From Candidatus Poseidoniales archaeon (GTDB lineage: Archaea; Thermoplasmatota; Poseidoniia; MGIII; CG-Epi1): a stretch of 64,000 nt of DNA. Under the pieces are notes generated by a model. The model did no database searches, was not told the DNA's origin, and saw only the letters and a program-made list of their open reading frames with translations. The DNA is taken from assembly GCA_045567915.1 (NCBI GenBank), contig JBJLCA010000036.1:3410-67409 (forward strand), read 5' to 3'. The position numbers were made by a program, and so were the translations under genes. Below, piece after piece: positions 60,971 through 64,000 of this stretch (positions are counted from its first letter, which is position 1; every line of letters starts with the position of its first letter).

Positions 60971-61927
60971 ATGGCCAAATATGCCGCATCAATGGATGAT
61001 GTAATTGCTGCATCAAAAAGAATTGAAGGGCATGGCCATCGAACTGCCATTCTAACCAACCAAACTATAGATGATTTAACCGGTAAAAAAGTATTTTTTA
61101 AATGCGAGAATTTTCAGAAAATTGGAGCATTCAAATTCAGAGGCGGATGGAATGCTATCTCCTCATTAAGCGAAAATGACGCTGTAAAAGGTGTTTGTAC
61201 ACACAGTAGTGGAAATCACGCTCAGGCTGTAGCATATGCTGCAAAAAAAAGAAACATTCCAGCATACATAGTTATGCCAAAAAATGCTCCGAAAGTTAAA
61301 ATTCAAGCTGTTAAAGGATATAATGCCGAAATTACCTTGTGTAAACCTACCCTAAAGGCAAGAAGAGAAACATTAGAAAAAATTGCTAAAGAAACTGGAG
61401 CATATGTTGTTCATCCATTTAATGATCCAAAAGTTATAGCAGGACAGGGGACTGCTGCCTTAGAATTAATAGAAGACGTGAAAGAATTAGATGCAATATG
61501 TGCACCTATTGGAGGTGGTGGACTAATGTCAGGCACGTGCATTACAGCTAGAAGTATGCTACCTAATGTTAAACTTTTTGGGGCTGAACCAAAAGGAGCT
61601 GATGATGCATATCGATCTTTAAAGATAGGAAAACTTCTTCCCCAAGAAAACCCAAATACAATTTGCGATGGACTCTTGACTAGTATGGGAGAAAATACTT
61701 GGAATATTTTGAAAGATCATTTAGAAAATATTATTACTGTTGATGATGATGAAGTCATCTCTGCTATGAAATTAATTTGGGAAAGGATGAAAATTATTAT
61801 TGAACCAAGTTGTGCAACGCCTCTTGCAGCCATTCTAACTCCTGAATTTAGAAAATTAGATAATATAGAAACTGTTGGAATAATTTTGACTGGTGGAAAC
61901 GTAGATTTGTCAAATTTACCTTTCTAA
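60971..61927 (+). CDS. PLP-dependent serine/threonine dehydratase (serine racemase-like family)
   Basis: PLP-lysine motif 'KCENFQKIGAFKFRGGWNA', 'HSSGNHAQAVAYAA', 'PIGGGGLMSG'. Confidence 0.8.
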   Translation: MAKYAASMDDVIAASKRIEGHGHRTAILTNQTIDDLTGKKVFFKCENFQKIGAFKFRGGWNAISSLSENDAVKGVCTHSSGNHAQAVAYAAKKRNIPAYIVMPKNAPKVKIQAVKGYNAEITLCKPTLKARRETLEKIAKETGAYVVHPFNDPKVIAGQGTAALELIEDVKELDAICAPIGGGGLMSGTCITARSMLPNVKLFGAEPKGADDAYRSLKIGKLLPQENPNTICDGLLTSMGENTWNILKDHLENIITVDDDEVISAMKLIWERMKIIIEPSCATPLAAILTPEFRKLDNIETVGIILTGGNVDLSNLPF

Positions 61928-61933
61928 AATACG

Positions 61934-62010
61934 TGGCGGGCCTGCAGGGATTCGAACCCTGGATCTTCTGGTTAGAAGCCAGACGCCCTTCCAGGCTAGG
62001 CTACAGGCCC
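61934..62010 (-). tRNA. tRNA-Arg (anticodon TCT), genomically encoded CCA
   Basis: Hand-folded, 77 nt. Acceptor GGGCCTG/CAGGCCC. D-arm GCCT-AGCCTGGAA-GGGC. Anticodon arm TCTGG-CTTCTAA-CCAGA. T-arm CAGGG-TTCGAAT-CCCTG. Discriminator G plus CCA. Confidence 0.9.
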
Positions 62011-62013
62011 TAA

Positions 62014-63264
62014 TCACGTTTGAGAAGAGGTTGCATTTATTGTTTTGTCAGGAATTGGTATGTTTAAATGTTTAATAACTCTTTCAGCTGAAAATAAAGC
62101 TCCTTGAACTGAAGGGTGTGTCGTATAATCACCAGCAAGTAAAATTCCCTTCTCAGTGATTGGCTCTCTGATTCTCCCAATATGTTCTGTATCTATCAAA
62201 GGTAATGCATTATCTACTTTAGTTACGGTTACAAACTCCCATTCTCTGACTTGCTTACCAAACCAGGTTTCGAACTCTGATAAAATTTCGTCCTGATTAT
62301 CTTTTAACGAATCTGCGTCTTCACCAATAACTGTAGCGATTATTAATTGAGGATGAAAAGGATGCAAATGGGCATGGAGAATTTTGTTCCCATTTAAACC
62401 ATATTTCTCATTAATTAATAATCTATGTCTAGATAATGGATTTTTAAGTGAATTAAACACAATTGTTGCAGTTTTCTTTACCTTTTTCAACGGCTTGCGA
62501 TTTAGGAGATGAAAGCTAACGTTTTGTGGAGTAGCTAAGACTACTTTATCGAATTTCTCAGTTTTCTTATTACAAGTAATAGTTGTTGATGATACGGCGT
62601 CAACTTTAGAATTAAAGCGCACTTGCGTACTAATTAACTTGTTCGCCAATTGGTTAGGTACTGCTTGAATGCCACCCTTTAGCATAATCATTGATCCCAA
62701 ACTCATTGCAGCCCAAGTAAATGAAGCAAAACTCATACGCTCTTCTAAATCGGGGTCAAGAGTAATCCCTGCAAATAATGGACGAAGAATTTTCTGAACA
62801 ATATTATTTGAGAAACCTCTCTCTGTAAACCCATCCATAATTTTTTTAGATTTAAAATCAAGAGGTAATTCGATATCTTTTCTATTTGAGGCTAACCTCC
62901 ATTTCAAAAGTCTAAGGCCATCCCGTAAACCTGTTGCTCTCAATGTTGGGAAAAGCTTGAGAGGCATACTTATTGCATCTGCAAGTAATTTTCTTCTCCC
63001 AGTATCAGGATCAATACTTTCAGTGCATTTTTCCATTTCTTTAAATTCAAGTTTGCTAAAGTCAATCCATCGATGCAATGATGGATAGGCTGTGTGTAAA
63101 ACATGAAACCCAACATCGATTATGTAAGGGCCGAAACGTATAGAAGACATTCTACCACCAAGATCACTCTCAGATTCAAAAATAACTACTTCATGTCCTG
63201 CTTTTTCTGCAGCTAATGAAATAGCTAAGCCTGAAATTCCTGCTCCGACTATCCCTATTTTCAT
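62014..63264 (-). CDS. FAD/NAD(P)-binding oxidoreductase (amine-oxidase / desaturase-like fold)
   Basis: N-terminal dinucleotide fold 'MKIGIVGAGISGLAISLAAEKAGHEVVIFESESDLGGR'. C-terminal 'ILLAGDYT'. Substrate unknown. Confidence 0.6.
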   Translation of the reverse strand: MKIGIVGAGISGLAISLAAEKAGHEVVIFESESDLGGRMSSIRFGPYIIDVGFHVLHTAYPSLHRWIDFSKLEFKEMEKCTESIDPDTGRRKLLADAISMPLKLFPTLRATGLRDGLRLLKWRLASNRKDIELPLDFKSKKIMDGFTERGFSNNIVQKILRPLFAGITLDPDLEERMSFASFTWAAMSLGSMIMLKGGIQAVPNQLANKLISTQVRFNSKVDAVSSTTITCNKKTEKFDKVVLATPQNVSFHLLNRKPLKKVKKTATIVFNSLKNPLSRHRLLINEKYGLNGNKILHAHLHPFHPQLIIATVIGEDADSLKDNQDEILSEFETWFGKQVREWEFVTVTKVDNALPLIDTEHIGRIREPITEKGILLAGDYTTHPSVQGALFSAERVIKHLNIPIPDKTINATSSQT

Positions 63265-63273
63265 TTAAAAAAA

Positions 63274-64000
63274 TTAATGGACTTCGCTGCCGTCTTCTAT
63301 CTCTTTATCTGGTTCTAGTAAGCTAACTATTCCTTCCCCTTCTGCAGCAAGTAACATACCATTTGATTGCTCTCCCCTGAATTTTGCGGGAGCTAAATTA
63401 ACCAAAACTGCTATCTTTTTACCTAATAAATCGTCATTCTCGTAAATTCCTCTAAGGCCAGTTACAATTCTTTTGACCGGCCCTCCAAAATTAACATCGA
63501 GAAGCCATAATTTATCTGCGTTAGGATGTTCTTCAACCTTCTCTATTGTTCCGATTCGTATGTCTAATTTCTTAAAGTCATCAAAAGTGACTTCAGGTTT
63601 GACATTTGCTAGCTCATTTGTTTCTTCTGGTGGCATTTCTTTCTCCAATATTTCTTCCATATTTAATTTTGTAAACAACGGAAGAGGCTGTTTTAATTCA
63701 AAACTATCTTGATGATCAAGTGCTGAATTCCAACCTAAATCTTCAATTTTAGAATCTTTACCTAGATAATCCCAAGCTTTTTGGGAAGATTCAGGTAAAA
63801 ATGGTGACATTAATACAGATAAACTACTACAAAAATTTAAAAATTGAACAAGTGTAGTTTCACAAGCTTCTCTATCTGCCTTGACTTGTTTCCATGGGGC
63901 TGCATCATTCAAGGCAATATTTCCTGCTTGAGATAGTTCCATTATTGCCTGTAAAGCTTTCTTAAATTTACAAGCTTCTAGCGCTTTAGATACTTTATCA
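63274..64000 (-). CDS. metG: Methionyl-tRNA synthetase, C-terminal part (anticodon-binding helices + Trbp111/EMAP-like tRNA-binding domain); the gene continues beyond the window
   Basis: The frame stays open from 63942 to nt 64000. 'NDAAPWKQVK'. OB-fold tail 'LDIRIGTIEKVEEHPNADKLWLLDVNFGG...LAPAKFRGEQSNGMLLAAE'. Confidence 0.8.
   Translation of the reverse strand, partial: DKVSKALEACKFKKALQAIMELSQAGNIALNDAAPWKQVKADREACETTLVQFLNFCSSLSVLMSPFLPESSQKAWDYLGKDSKIEDLGWNSALDHQDSFELKQPLPLFTKLNMEEILEKEMPPEETNELANVKPEVTFDDFKKLDIRIGTIEKVEEHPNADKLWLLDVNFGGPVKRIVTGLRGIYENDDLLGKKIAVLVNLAPAKFRGEQSNGMLLAAEGEGIVSLLEPDKEIEDGSEVH

Noticed and set aside
58077-62010. tRNA genes as possible integration sites of a mobile element
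   Set aside because: No integrase, transposase or direct repeat of the tRNA 3' end is present, and no compositional break was seen nearby. The flanking genes are core housekeeping.

Overview
AT-rich, very gene-dense chromosomal segment of an archaeon, with almost no non-coding DNA and many 1-26 nt gene overlaps. Archaeal markers are TATA-box binding protein, aIF5A, an archaeosortase-like enzyme and CARDB-rich giant surface proteins. Low GC, extremely acidic giant secreted proteins, an aa3-type oxidase and bacterial-like mutL, thyA-folA and phhA fit a marine planktonic Thermoplasmatota lineage such as Marine Group II/Poseidoniales; that assignment is inference only. All calls come from reading the supplied translations and DNA by eye (motif recognition); no searches were run.

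Content, left to right:
- mutL (3' part) and an RND/MMPL exporter.
- A block of acidic Cys/His/Asp-rich secreted proteins carrying cupredoxin, FAS1, EF-hand, LDLa-like and C-type-lectin modules.
- A complete heme-copper oxidase cluster (ctaA, ctaB, coxB, coxA, coxC, coxD-like). Opposite it lies a copper/thiol maturation set: Sco with a nested thioredoxin domain, a TlpA-like protein and VKOR.
- phhA, an iscA-type operon, an anchored cyclophilin, an S15 peptidase, MscS, PCD and thyA-folA.
- A 2,200-aa surface protein.
- A minus-strand operon: purC, a coiled-coil protein, a nucleotidyltransferase, the archaeosortase::PS-decarboxylase fusion and pssA.
- A second CDP-alcohol transferase with pgpA, purS-purL, a permease and a rhomboid protease.
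- A 2,377-aa surface protein.
- Housekeeping genes: pdxT, a ferredoxin, tRNA-Leu, a glycosylase, speB-aIF5A, tbp, a dehydratase, tRNA-Arg, an oxidoreductase and metG (3' part).

No rRNA, CRISPR array, transposase or integrase was seen.

Most interesting signal: a single ORF fuses an archaeosortase-like polytopic domain to an archaeal-type phosphatidylserine decarboxylase. It is followed 3 nt later by a PssA-type synthase. The locus sits between two giant proteins, and six proteins in the window end in degenerate PGF-CTERM-like sorting signals. This looks like a hard-wired protein-lipid anchoring cassette.

Secondary signals:
- Four type-1 copper domains tethered in surface proteins around the oxidase operon.
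- A Reeler/DOMON-like ectodomain fused to CoxA.
- A Sco protein with an inserted thioredoxin domain.
- A frame-split surface-protein gene.
- A triplicated TATA-containing promoter repeat.
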